A stretch of DNA of 60,414 bases, filler included, from Perkinsus olseni (lineage: Eukaryota): NCBI GenBank assembly GCA_013115125.1. It is 2 parts of 2 records of this genome, joined end to end, with 100 filler letters (N's around TTAATTAATTAA, not from the genome) between each part and the next. Parts side by side here need not be neighbours in the genome. Positions count along the whole stretch, not along the records: positions 1 to 30,185 come from JABANN010000425.1; 1 more part is not named here. One strand, written 5' to 3'. Under the pieces are notes generated by a model that searched no databases, had not been told where the DNA came from, and saw only the letters and a list, made by a program, of their open reading frames with translations. The position numbers and the translations under genes are program-made. Below are positions 13,101-24,566 of the stretch, one piece after another; the first letter of the stretch is position 1; every line of letters starts with the position of its first letter.

Positions 13101-16100
13101 GTTGTACAAGGGCCCTAGGTCGAGCGTAAGGTTCAAGTCAGAACCCTGGAAATAAGGCTGGCCGTACCTGTAGATCAGACACTCGAAGCTACGCCAGTCC
13201 CTGTGCGGCTACTTGTCAATTGCATTGACTCCAATGTTCACCACTTCACCGGCGACAGCCACCGAAGTCAGGTTAGTAATGGTAGAGCTTGAAGGGTCAA
13301 TCGTGCCTGAAAGTATACCGAGTCAGCGGGAAACGACGCAGCCCATGCGGATGTTGGTTCACGCGCTCACCCAATATATTTATCGCGAACGGAGACCCAG
13401 GAATCGAAATACCGCCAAGCGTCACGTCCAGATCATAGACCCCTGGATCCATCAGCTGGAAGCAGACTCTGAAAAACACAAATTATTACGTTCCGTCCAA
13501 TTCAGGAGAGTGACTCTCGTTGAAAAGCATTCCTATCCCGGGAAATCACCGACACGGTGTCACGCCGTGTGAAGACAGAGTCTACCAAGATTCGCATGAC
13601 GTAGCTCAAATCCTGAGTTGTCATATCAGGTGCACCATATGGACTAATCTATCCCTATTTAACAGTCTACTAAGAGCACTAAACTGCTAAAAGCTGTCCA
13701 CTCATCTCCACTGGCCTTCCCCCACCCGTATGTCCCATCTCCATTGTCTAAAATAGTCTCAATTGGCATCGATGGCCTAGGCGAGTGTCGTGGGCCAACA
13801 GCAACTGCCTTGTACTGGTCGCCTCCCGCTGTCCTGGCATTTCCTCCAGAGTCAAAAGAAAGTATAGAGAAGCATGTCGGTTCATTTGCTTCGATCTGAG
13901 GTAATCATAAACAATCACATTAAAATTCATCCCGAGTGCCCAGCCAAGATGAGTTTTAGAGTGTACATGAGTGAAAGCGCCAACTTCGCTGGAAATGTTA
14001 CGCGCATAACCACCAGCTAGGTCACACTGATTGGGGCGGTCTGGTCCTTGGCCGCGATGCCCCCTTTTAACGTGGCTACTCACCTCAGAGAAGTTTCCCA
14101 CGACTTGAGCTTTGGATATGTCGGATGCTGCTGCTTGCACAACCACTGGGATTGGACTGCCGATGTACTGACCAGACAAAGTAGCGACCATGACCGTTGT
14201 GACCTCCGGGGTGCCTGTGAAAGGTAGTTCGAGCTCCTCAAGGTCTCAAGCAGCGATCTACTACTCACCCGACGGCAGCGCGATCGCCGCTAAATAGAAG
14301 GCTCCAGAAGGAACCCATTCGACGGTTCCTAGTAGCGCCGGGCTAGCTAACTGCACGGCAATATCCGGGCCAAAAGACGCGTCTATGACGATATTCTGCT
14401 GGGCATCTCGCAGCACGATTTCGGCTGTGATGACCTCTGTCGCGATGGCTCTTATAATGCCATCCACGGTCGATTCAGCTGGCCGGAGCAGAGAAACGTT
14501 AGCTGCGGGGACGCCAGCGCGCACCCACATCCCCTCCAACGGGCTGCCCTCTATGTCCACGCCCGCTGCCAGGCAGGCCTTGGGAACTTCAACCCATCCC
14601 GGGCCGATACTGGCCAGACTATGGTTCGAGGGAGGCAGGTACATGACCAGAGATATGCCAACAGGGCGATCCATGGAGTCTGCAGAATGTGCCGGTCTGT
14701 ACTCGACGATGAAGGGATAAGCCACGTCAACCTCCACGGAGTTGCCAAGAGCTCTCGTAGCGGATACGAACTCGTTTGCCACACTAGGCTGAGAAGGACA
14801 ACCGGGCTCGAAGAGGAGGAGCTACTGTGTGCCACCCCAATCAAGGCGAGAAGACTAGATGCCCCCGGAATCGATCTGAGTGATCATGTTATCTCAACCA
14901 CGGTACTACGTTGAGCGCGCACAAACACGAAGAGATAAGGCGACCTAGATTCAGGAACCTCCCAGGGCGGATTAGCTCATGATCCTGGAACAGCTATATA
15001 AGCTAAAACCGGTACTTCCTGTAGGTGAGTCCTGAGGCCCTCGGCAAATTACCTCTCCGCCAGCGATCGCAAAGCAGTAGATTCCATCCCTCCTTTCCCC
15101 AGGAGTGCATCCCTCCCTCTGAACATCACTAATGTTGGCTCTACCCCAACCAGCATTGGTCATCCACGAGTGCCCAGCTCTGTATTCCTCCAGCACGACT
15201 CCCAAGTTTTTCCAAGTCACTCTAACCCAGCTCTGGGCGGAAACCGTTACCCCCAGGAGAGTTGGCACCATGCTCCCCAGCCTGTCATAGCGATTCCGCA
15301 AACAATCCCACTGCAGGTATCCGGTCCAGCGGACATATCTTGGAGAATCTCGACCGGAACGCCAGTCATGAGTGAGGCTATGGTCGACCCTGATTATGTC
15401 AGGAAGTTGATACGCTGCGGGTTCCGGGGACCAAGAGTAATACATTGCCGTTACGCCAGGGAGCGACCGCTGAACATAAACTCGAAAAGGACCGGCAACG
15501 AAGGGAACGGAGTAGCTCCTGTATAGACCGGTCAGAGTGACGGCTTTTCTTGCATACAGGACGTCACCAAGCATGTGCTCTGAGCTTCCCTTCGTCGTCG
15601 GCTCGGTGACCACGATGAAACGCGCAACATCGTTCGCAGTATCCACTGGGCCAAGCTGATCGCAACCATTGGCACCCTCTAACACGCACTTCTGTGCCAC
15701 GAAATCTACGTTGATTATCGTTCCGACTTGAGGTCCTGTTCGAAAGATCTCGCCTGTGGCAATCGGCGAATCTGGCCTCAGAATGGTGTTGGACGCAGAT
15801 GCCGTGTCGCTCCTGTCCCATATGTAAACCTTCGTCTCATCCAGCTGAGCACGCTGACTCAAGGCCCTGGGAACGGCTGTGACATCATCTCGTTCGAAAT
15901 GGGGAAGGAACGGGGTCATGGGCATGATCGATCCGGCGGTCGTTTCAGATTCCACGAGAAGCCTGACTGTGAAGAACTTCTCTTTTTCATCATATATCCC
16001 ATTATCGAAGATAGGTATCTTAACCGAGTGCCGCAATGTGACCGCTTGTAATGCTTCACTGCGCCACGAAACCCCAGAGTAGAAATCGCCGCTTGAGGTC

Positions 16101-19010
16101 ACCAAGTTGCCACTCGAGTTGGTGAAGTTGAGTAGATGCGCAAATGCATTGTGGCCAAAGGCGTCTGCCGAAGCATTAGATACTATACCAAACTCTACGG
16201 TCTGCATGGTTGACTCGAAGTCGGCCAACTTCTGCTTCGCTCCGCTCACGCTGGACGCTGTCCTGCTGTCAATAGCTTGAACGACAACGACGGGCGTGTG
16301 CGACCTATCACTGAGGACCCAGTCAAAGTCGACGGTATCGAATGATCGTATGATCTCGACCACTACGAACTGTTCGTCCGAGAACACGTGGTACGCGGGC
16401 GAAGAGAACTCAATGATACCCTCAGAAATGCAGTGGCCCTCTCTCATGACGAAGAGCGGGTCGCAGGACAAGCACCTCTCCGCTGAGCAGGATCGGCACC
16501 GCCGCCACCGCAGATTGCACTGATGACACCTTCCTGTCTGCGATGTTGCAGTCGAGTTGCCACCAACGGGAGGCGACACAAGGAAAAATCCAGGCTCGCA
16601 AGTGAGACATCGACCGGTGACTGGTTCGCACGTCGCGCAATGCCTGAAAAAGAATATATCCACGAGTGTCTGCACCATGGTCCTCGGGAAGCCGATGAAG
16701 GAAGTTACCCATCGCTGATGATCTTGCAGTTGACAGGCATGTCGCACTTGAAAGCGTTATATCGGTCAAACTGATAGTCGGTCTCGGAGTTCTGTACAAA
16801 TCTTGTGTCGCCGTAGACGAATTCACTCGGAGAGATCTCTGCTGAGCCAGAGCGACCTCGCCACCTAAGAACAGTAACCATCAACTTTTCGAGAAGCGAA
16901 GATGTCACACAGCCGAGCCAATGCATTCATTGCCGCAGAGACCCGACCCACCAGAACGGCAACTCATCAATGCCATCCTGACCCTTAGTTACGAGGTGAG
17001 TCCAGCCTGGGTCGCAAACACATCTGTTAGGAGACTCGCAGTAGCCATGACCGCAATCAGATGAGGGTTCTGGCCAGTGCTGGCAGAGAGGATAGTCGCA
17101 GATACGACCTCCCCAGCCAGGCTTGCATTTACAGACGTCTGGACAGATCGCCTCGCCGTTCACACAAGGGGGATAGGAGACCGGAACCTGCGGGAAAAGG
17201 CAGCATGGTGCCCCAGGGCGTCGCGTTCGTATTGAGGATGGTTGGTACTTCACAGGACGTGCCGCTCCATCCATAGAAGCATTCACATCTATCTGGCCAT
17301 GCACAGACGCCCTGACCAGCCTGAAGCAGCAGCATGCTTCCTTAATTGGAGGTGGTGACTGTGACCCACCTTGCAGGGCGGGTCGCAGAACGCGATCTCG
17401 CACGACGGACCCGACCAGCCCTCGTCGCAGTGGCAGACGTTCGGAGCAACGCAGGCTCCATGTCGACACTTGGGCCAACACAGAGGCTGGTCACAGTTGG
17501 CGCCATACCTTCTCACGAACGACGGTCAACAAGATTCCCCAACAACATGGGAGGCGTGATCTACCATTTGTCCGACTCGCACATACAGCAGCCGCCTGTG
17601 CAAGCCTTATTGAGTCTAACGCACTCGCTCATAGCAGGCATGCAGGTTGGGAAGCTCTCGCAACGGCGCACCAGATCGCAGAGGCTGGGTAGAACACGAA
17701 CCTGAGGCCATGAAGGCCAGTTAAATCCCGCACAGAGGAATGAGATGAGTTTGCAGTACTGCACGATTGTAACCGACGTTAAAGCAATATCAGTCTATAG
17801 TACGACGATAATGCCGCCCGTTGGATGCTCTCACATTGGGATCGATCCACCCCATCTCAATTGCCATAGTGCAACAAGCTTCCCTGGTGCACTGCTTGGG
17901 GTGAAGATGGCACCCATGAGACTGGTCCAGTGCTTGGTCTAGCGTACACTGCTGAGTTTGATTGCCACACTCGTAACTTGAGGTCAGCATGTTCCCATGA
18001 CTCTTGTCATTCATTATGCACTGCCTGACCAAAACAGCAGCGAATCGCCGGACAGAATGGGCGCGGAAACCCTATCAACGATGGTGATCATATCATGAAG
18101 CGAATACTAGTAGGTAAATGCTCCTCCGGGCCGCACCTGAGGGCCTCAGCAATATCAACCTTAGTGCTATAGCACTTGGACATCTCTCTGGGCTGCCCTC
18201 TGGTCGTCTGACACCACGAGGTGTACCTCGTCACCACATCCTCGACGGGTGAGAGATCTCGACCAGTATTAGCTGGCTTACGCGATGCCTTTATCAGTAT
18301 AGTCGTCGGAAAGACACAGGTACGGGCAATTGGTTACAGCACCGAGCGGACTACCACACATAAATGCGCACTCTCCGGCTCGACCACTAGGATTTCGGTA
18401 GGGAAGGTCAACAAGGTTGTGATCCGACTGAAACGACCTTCACATTCAGGGAGGCGCGCGGACTATCTTGCGTCTATGACGCGCTTATAGCGAGCAGTAA
18501 CAGCATCTTGCTGACCTCTTGTTGCCGAGCCATGCAGTTAGCTATGCACGTTGTGAGACAACAGTCTCCGCCATCGTAATCGCACTGATTCTCGTTCATG
18601 TTGTTGGTGAAGTCACACCTGCAAACGTCGCGAGTGATGTCAAAGACGCTGTCCAACGATTGGAGACATCTCTTATTCTACAAGCCTGATCCACGCACAA
18701 GGGAACCGCTCCCAAACTGCCCCCACAGGTTCCCTCGGGGGGAACCTGTACAGTGCGCAAGGTCCTCAGCCCACCTTCCATCGCCCCGTAAGGCTTTGTC
18801 GCAGGTGACGACACTCGAGCCTCTGAGCTTGTCCCGCCAGGCCGTCAGATTCCATGCGGTATCCGTGATCGACGTGGCCTAGCGAGGATCGAACGAATCC
18901 AGCTATAGAGGCCTTGCAGACCTACTGACCTCACAGGCCGGATCAACTACCAACTGCTGAGCTAGTACGGAAACACGAGGCGCCCACAAGAGAACGAACA
19001 CGGGATACAT
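1193..19010 (-). CDS. Giant multi-exon secreted modular protein: LNR-like, EGF, furin-like, Calx-beta, PA14-like, filamin/Ig repeats, many sushi/CCP repeats, LamG/pentraxin-like
   Basis: Start MYPVFVLLWAPRVSVLAQ at 19010 (signal-like). Motifs: CDFTNNMNENQCDYDGGDCC (LNR-like, ~18.6k); CWPKCRHGACVAPNVCHCDEGWSGPSC (EGF, ~17.4k); IEFSSPAYHV..VKIPIFDNGIYDEKEKFFTVRL (Calx-beta, ~16k); YVRWTGYL and FSVRLVGHV (PA14-like); DNGDGTY, IPGSPFAINI, VLGSPFQLTV (filamin); repeated C-P...G....C..GF......C...G.W......C (sushi) from ~10.5k to ~1.7k; WMHIALAWD..EVYVNG..VRMYSRRLNASEV (LamG, 7.3-8.2k). ORF pieces are joined by short GT-AG introns. A single gene is inferred; a split into 2 genes cannot be excluded. 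Confidence 0.75.
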
Positions 19011-19450
19011 GGTCAAAAAGTCAACTGATAACTCAACTGCTTCATGCTGCCACGGAGCGCGGCTATGAAGCGCCACCTTGGGGAGGCCGCCAAATTCTGC
19101 TTAGAGTATTACCGACGGGGATTGCCGCAAACGATTCCATTTCCAACCACAACAGCGTTCGAAGAGACGCGTAGCCTTGCCCGGCCGAGCCGACCCATTG
19201 ACTGTGACCGACACAAGACACTGAGCCTGCGTCGAAACCCGTAAGCAAAGCAGCCGGAAGACGTTTCGTAATGGCCGGAAGACACAAAGTGGGAGACCTC
19301 ATGGTGGAATCCGATTGCAATGAATAGAAACTCCCGTTACGACTGTCAAAACTCAGTTGTAGCGATGCTCCCTCACTGGAACTGCATACTAGCAATACAG
19401 AGAGCTGGGGCGACTATCGAATCCTTCCTCCGCCACCTATCACGCCTCCG

Positions 19451-21796
19451 TCAAGCTGGATCCGGGTTAGCCAGATCTGCTTCCGATTCACTGAAGCTCT
19501 GCCCTTCTGACAGGTTCGACTCAGCCCGCACGAAAACGGTTCTCTTCTCCTCAGCCACGTCAGGCTGAATATTTCTCTGTCGCATAGCGATGGGTTTGTA
19601 GCAGCCGTTCCACGAAACATTACCGGTTCCACCGGTGGACACTGCACGTTGGCGATCGATGTCGACGAAAACCTTAGCTGGCAGAGATGAAGCCACCACA
19701 AAATGGCGAACTTCTAGGTAACTCCAGAAAATAATCGTACCAATAAGCAACGGCAACATCAAAGGAGATACCACCGCTGCTTCCTTGATCGCCAGCACGC
19801 CCATTACTGTGAACTCTGCGGCGACCGCGCAGCCCAATATGACTCTGACCGCTCGGGTCCACAACTGACCGCCGGTATCGTTACTCGGATCGTAAACCGA
19901 CGCAAACTGATTCTTGTATACCACTGAGAAGCAGGAAAAACCGAAGGCCATGACAAGGCAGGTGATTGGCGACATTACAGAGTACACGAATAGTATCATG
20001 AAAAACAGCATAACGGTAGAGAGCACTCTCGGTAGCTCAAGTTGGATTGGCGCTTCCAGCGGTTCCAGGCCCAGCCATATTCTGCTGCGCTCCTTCTCCG
20101 ATAGGCCCGGGCCCAAGCATCTCCTGAGTAAAGCCAAGGCCGCTGGAACAAGTCGAATAAGTTCAATTCCCAAGCCGAGGCCAACCCTGACGAAGACAAA
20201 AGATATGAAGTAGTTGGCTTGCTGCGGCAGATTGGTCGACAAAATCTTCTGCAACGTCTTCAGTGGAGTGGAGACGAGATCACGGATCCCCGATAACACG
20301 CTTCCCGCGATAGCACTCACGAAAAATGTCTGCACGATGTACAAGAGCGCCAGCTTGCCAAAAAGTGAGGCGTCCAGAGTTGCTAAAGATATGTGGCCCT
20401 CCCACTTGGAGAAAAAAGTCAAGATAAACGGTAGGAGTTCGTTCAATAGTGCAAGCGCGATGGGAGACAAGAGCTGCAGCAGAGTGTCTAGGGGTGGCCA
20501 CGTCTCTGATGCGCTTTGCAGAAAAGGAAGCTCGTGCTTCAAGTACGACACTTTCGAGATAGATACAACAAATGTTACAGGAATGGTCCAAAAGATGCAC
20601 AGCGCGACGGTAGCCGCTAGGGACATAACTATTCCCAAGAACTGATGGAAATGCGGCATACCAACATTGCTCCAATACACTTCATCAGGTAGCGGCGCGG
20701 ACTTGATACAGAGCGCGTAAGGCTCGTCGTGGAGATGCACCCGCTGAGCAATCACGGTCGCTTGTAAAGACCGGAACGTGACGAACCCATCCGATAGGAC
20801 TCGAAAGCTCTTCGATGGCACAATCTTCTTCAACGGAACCAACGGCACCATCTTCGCGACTTCCGAGAGCTCTGGCAGTTTCCGCTGGGAGAGTTGCTCG
20901 CCCGTCGTGTCTTGGAAGGACTCGGCATCATCTATATCCGTCTCGATGGACTGATTTAATTCAGCGAGTCTATTTTCGAGTGCTGTGATAGTATCCACTT
21001 TCTCTCTAGAAAACAAGCTTGGACGCATTCGAGGCCGATACCCTTTCTGTTGCCACACGTTGTACGCGTGCTCCAGATCGAGAACAACATCTTCACGTTC
21101 TTTGACCTTCTTACTGAGTTTTCCCATATCCAAAGCCACTTGAACGTCAGCAACTCCTCCGGGGATGAACTCCTCGAAAAACTCATGTAGTCCTCGATTC
21201 GAACGCAGAGCTACAGGTATGTGTCGCACAAACACGCTGTAGTTTGCAACGTTCTCACGACACATGAAGGCGTGCCGTTTTGCCGTGTACCACGCAAACT
21301 CACGGTACACCATGAGCAGTGTGAAACAGAAAATGATGTAAGATGCAAACAAAGTGGCCAGCAGGGAAGGGCTACGAGAAGGCAGATGGCCCAAGCTCCA
21401 GCGAGCAAGTTCGTCCGCTGTAGCCAAGTCGGAGCCTTGGTATTTGTAAACCGGGATCAAGTAGATGGCGTTCAAGCAGCCGACGAGGGCTACCCTGGCA
21501 CCGAGTCTCAACAACCGGATGAATGCCACCGCATCGAGGCCAGCATCGGCGAAGAGCTCATCGTCAGTGATTCGCATGGCGCCGGGTATCCAGCTGCCGA
21601 ACATAGCATAGACTCTAGATGACAGGGAGCAACGCAATGCTTCAATGCATTGACGGGGCTGATAGAGCCTGGGAAACCTGAGCCGCAGGCCGCTATATGC
21701 GACGACGGTTGCGGCAAAGATCCCGCCAAAGATACCAAAGGACAGCAGTACGGCGTTCTGATCGAGCTGGCCAGTTCCGATAGGTGCAGCTGACAT
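19451..21796 (-). CDS. OSCA/TMEM63 (CSC1-like) mechanosensitive/osmosensitive cation channel, intronless
   Basis: 781 aa ORF with N-terminal TM, GLDAVAFIRLL, YSVFVRHIP, GFVTF, APLPDEVYWSN, the RSN1_7TM-like region (NLPQQANYFISFV) and YKNQFASVY...DTGGQLW. Confidence 0.92.
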   Translation of the reverse strand: MSAAPIGTGQLDQNAVLLSFGIFGGIFAATVVAYSGLRLRFPRLYQPRQCIEALRCSLSSRVYAMFGSWIPGAMRITDDELFADAGLDAVAFIRLLRLGARVALVGCLNAIYLIPVYKYQGSDLATADELARWSLGHLPSRSPSLLATLFASYIIFCFTLLMVYREFAWYTAKRHAFMCRENVANYSVFVRHIPVALRSNRGLHEFFEEFIPGGVADVQVALDMGKLSKKVKEREDVVLDLEHAYNVWQQKGYRPRMRPSLFSREKVDTITALENRLAELNQSIETDIDDAESFQDTTGEQLSQRKLPELSEVAKMVPLVPLKKIVPSKSFRVLSDGFVTFRSLQATVIAQRVHLHDEPYALCIKSAPLPDEVYWSNVGMPHFHQFLGIVMSLAATVALCIFWTIPVTFVVSISKVSYLKHELPFLQSASETWPPLDTLLQLLSPIALALLNELLPFILTFFSKWEGHISLATLDASLFGKLALLYIVQTFFVSAIAGSVLSGIRDLVSTPLKTLQKILSTNLPQQANYFISFVFVRVGLGLGIELIRLVPAALALLRRCLGPGLSEKERSRIWLGLEPLEAPIQLELPRVLSTVMLFFMILFVYSVMSPITCLVMAFGFSCFSVVYKNQFASVYDPSNDTGGQLWTRAVRVILGCAVAAEFTVMGVLAIKEAAVVSPLMLPLLIGTIIFWSYLEVRHFVVASSLPAKVFVDIDRQRAVSTGGTGNVSWNGCYKPIAMRQRNIQPDVAEEKRTVFVRAESNLSEGQSFSESEADLANPDPA

Positions 21797-22139
21797 ATGG
21801 GCTCACAAAGCAAGCAATTGCACTGAGACAAATCTCTGAGGACATCCACATCTCATGTGCGATAGCATCGACAACCAAGAGCCGAATACCTCATCACAGT
21901 TTCAGCTCGAAATACATGAGTTGAAGGATCGACTGACCGAAAAGGAACGAGAGCGTGCATGATTGGCGGTCTTCTAGCGGAAGCGGTATGAAGTGACATC
22001 AGCGATGTACCGCGAGTTCGAGCTACGTCACTGCTCGGCCAACGTGCGTGAAGTCAAAAATGCGAACTCCCGGGATTGAAATTACCACTGTTGTCACGAA
22101 AACGTCAATCAATCCAGAAACTAGTCAGAATCATGCAGG

Positions 22140-24110
22140 TCACAGAAACGCATCCTCAACCAAATGGCGGACATACCGATGGGCTTCTTCTCTCCCACCT
22201 GTTATGTAATGCTTACTGAAGTCGGCGATGCTCACTCGCACAACTTTTGCGCTGAGGAGGCGGCCAACAGTTTCCCCCTTCCAAAGCGTTCGGCCGTTCA
22301 AGCGCCGAGTGTCTCGACCACGGGCTGATCGTAGGAAATGCGAAGGACCATCTGCCTCGACAACAACACGGCGGCCGTCGCAGCTAGAAACCAGAGCGTC
22401 CACCGGGCCGACCACAGTCTCGAATTCTTGCTTGACATTGACATTCCTAGGTAGTGCTCTCAGTGCTTCGTAGACTTGAAGCTGGAAGTGGCTGGGAGTG
22501 GGCGACGGCCAGGTGATGCCGTCCGGGATCGCTTGCCCAGCGTAAACGGCGCAGCTGGCCCGTGCCTGAGCAACCTGCGAAGCGCCTGCTTCTGACAAAG
22601 TCTGCAACATTTCGCCAGGGATGGCACGAAGGCACTCAGTTGCCAAGTCGCACCTCCGTAGAACTGCAAAGGATCCCGCTAGCTGGGCCAACTCCTCAAT
22701 CCCACATAAGGGTATGATAGTGCCCAAATACACGAATAGCGCATCTGTACTATCCACAGCAGACAACGCTGGGCTGAGCTGGGACCAAGCCCACACAATG
22801 GATGCATACTGCTTCGGAGTGAGCGCCCGGTCGAGCTTCACTGTCTTCACTAATCTTGCGACGAGGGCATCGTCGTAATATCGCGCATCAACTAGAGCCC
22901 ATAGACACTTGGACACCTGGGCTGCACAGCACGGGCTTCTCCGCTCCAGCCAGTCACACAAAACCCCAACCTCCTCTCGAGACAAGACGCCTATCGCTGA
23001 CCAGAAGAGCGTAGGATAGTCCTTAGCAGAGAGCTCAGGCACGCGCTCAATCGCGGCCCGAGCCAGTTCACGAAGCAGTCGATCTTCCTCCTTGGCGTAG
23101 CACCAACACAATGCAACTGTAGTAGTGGGGTCCATCGTCGGGATCTGCGGGCGCAAGACTGGAGCTAGCGCATTCAGCAGCCTGGCATAGAGGCGAGCAA
23201 GGGTATGGTCGCGGGCAGCCCAGATGCCCACGCCCCAGAGGCAGTTAGCAATGGCCCTAGGCTCGACTTCTGGGAAGCGTGCTGACAGATCAGCGCCGAG
23301 TCTTACAACTGTTTCGAGGAAAGATGAATCCAGCCAGTCACTCGGCGTCTTCCCGAACGCCCATAACACATTTGCTAAACCTTGAGATGAGAGAGTGGTT
23401 CGCAGGGCGGGAACCGAAAGCCAGCTCGAACAGACCGTGTTAAAGATAGCGCGACTCCCGTCAGGGCATTCCAGAGCCGCAAGAGCCCAGAGAACATTCG
23501 AAATATGCCGGCTCTCATAGTCCAGCGCGTTGACCTCGATATGCCGACCGACAGAGGACAGTGCAGAATGAGTTATGCGGTACCCGACCTTGCCGTATGC
23601 CCACATGATGTTGGCGACCGACTGAGCGCTGAAGCCGTCAAGATCCATGAGGCACCCGAGCGCAGTCTCCATCACCCGCGCTACTTCTTCCGATGAAAAT
23701 CGTTCTTGATACTTGGCGAGAGTATATAGAGCAGACGATAAGGCTTGCGGTGACATGCTAAGGGCGTTGCCTTCCACCAGTACCAAGAGGTGAGAAAGCG
23801 TCCCCCTGTCAACCGCGTTCTTGCTCAGCTTGCCGACAGACCAAAGGAGCATTCCGAGCTGGTCAGGCTGATAAAGGTGCAGTTTCCCCCGATCAAGCGC
23901 TGTGCGAACTAAGCACCGAACGAAAGGGAGATCTGAGCGCTCGGCCACTTTGGCCAACCGTTGTAAGGCTGCAGTGAAATGCATCGGGTGCCAGTCCTTG
24001 AACTTGAGGCCCTCTGCTTCGGTACCCAGCAGGATCAGCTCTCTCCGAGACGCTCGGGAAATCCGATCGAGCAGCCGCGGTAAGGCGATAGACAAGCGAC
24101 GTTCCGACAT
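22140..24110 (-). CDS. RAP-domain protein with HPR/OPR-like helical repeats (organellar RNA-binding)
   Basis: Repeats spaced roughly 37-43 aa apart (FSAQSVANIMWAYGK, YESRHISNVLWALAA, LSSQGLANVLWAFGK, VEPRAIANCLWGVG). C-terminal RAP signature SHFQLQVYEAL..VDAL..VVVEADGPSHF..LNGRTLWK..VVRVS. First in-frame ATG is at 24110. Confidence 0.85.
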   Translation of the reverse strand: MSERRLSIALPRLLDRISRASRRELILLGTEAEGLKFKDWHPMHFTAALQRLAKVAERSDLPFVRCLVRTALDRGKLHLYQPDQLGMLLWSVGKLSKNAVDRGTLSHLLVLVEGNALSMSPQALSSALYTLAKYQERFSSEEVARVMETALGCLMDLDGFSAQSVANIMWAYGKVGYRITHSALSSVGRHIEVNALDYESRHISNVLWALAALECPDGSRAIFNTVCSSWLSVPALRTTLSSQGLANVLWAFGKTPSDWLDSSFLETVVRLGADLSARFPEVEPRAIANCLWGVGIWAARDHTLARLYARLLNALAPVLRPQIPTMDPTTTVALCWCYAKEEDRLLRELARAAIERVPELSAKDYPTLFWSAIGVLSREEVGVLCDWLERRSPCCAAQVSKCLWALVDARYYDDALVARLVKTVKLDRALTPKQYASIVWAWSQLSPALSAVDSTDALFVYLGTIIPLCGIEELAQLAGSFAVLRRCDLATECLRAIPGEMLQTLSEAGASQVAQARASCAVYAGQAIPDGITWPSPTPSHFQLQVYEALRALPRNVNVKQEFETVVGPVDALVSSCDGRRVVVEADGPSHFLRSARGRDTRRLNGRTLWKGETVGRLLSAKVVRVSIADFSKHYITGGREEAHRYVRHLVEDAFL

Positions 24111-24566
24111 CGAACTCAATCACATGCTCGCAGCAGTATGTGCCTAGATACCATGAAGCCTCTGTTCTACTTCGTATCTAGCCTCCTTGACTAATCTTAC
24201 TTTTCCTCCACGCACCCGCACTCATCACAACACTAACCTGGATATTACAAATCGTTTTAGATTATAATAGAACTATGGTACAGTGCAAAAGCAGTGATAG
24301 TAGTGGCATCAGCAGGAAGAGTAGGAACACGCTCATTCCGAACTCGACTGGACGACAGCGGTAGGTACAACAAGTGATAGGTCGCAGTACCACAGGAACT
24401 AACTCAGTGGACATAGTGAGGTAGCGATCGAATCAGAGTAACGTGACTTGTCATGGCGCTGCTGCAGGTGCTCAAGGGGGGCTCCATAGCCTCTGTGATT
24501 CTATTACTAGGACTGCACTTGATACTGTAATTCAGGTGAAATGGTACATTCAAGACTTAGCAGGAT

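Noticed and set aside
22056-22080. Minus-strand TTCAATC-CCGGG-AGTTCGC-A-TTTTT resembling a tRNA 3' end plus terminator
   Set aside because: The 5' strand of the T stem does not pair and nothing else of a cloverleaf is present; too short to support.
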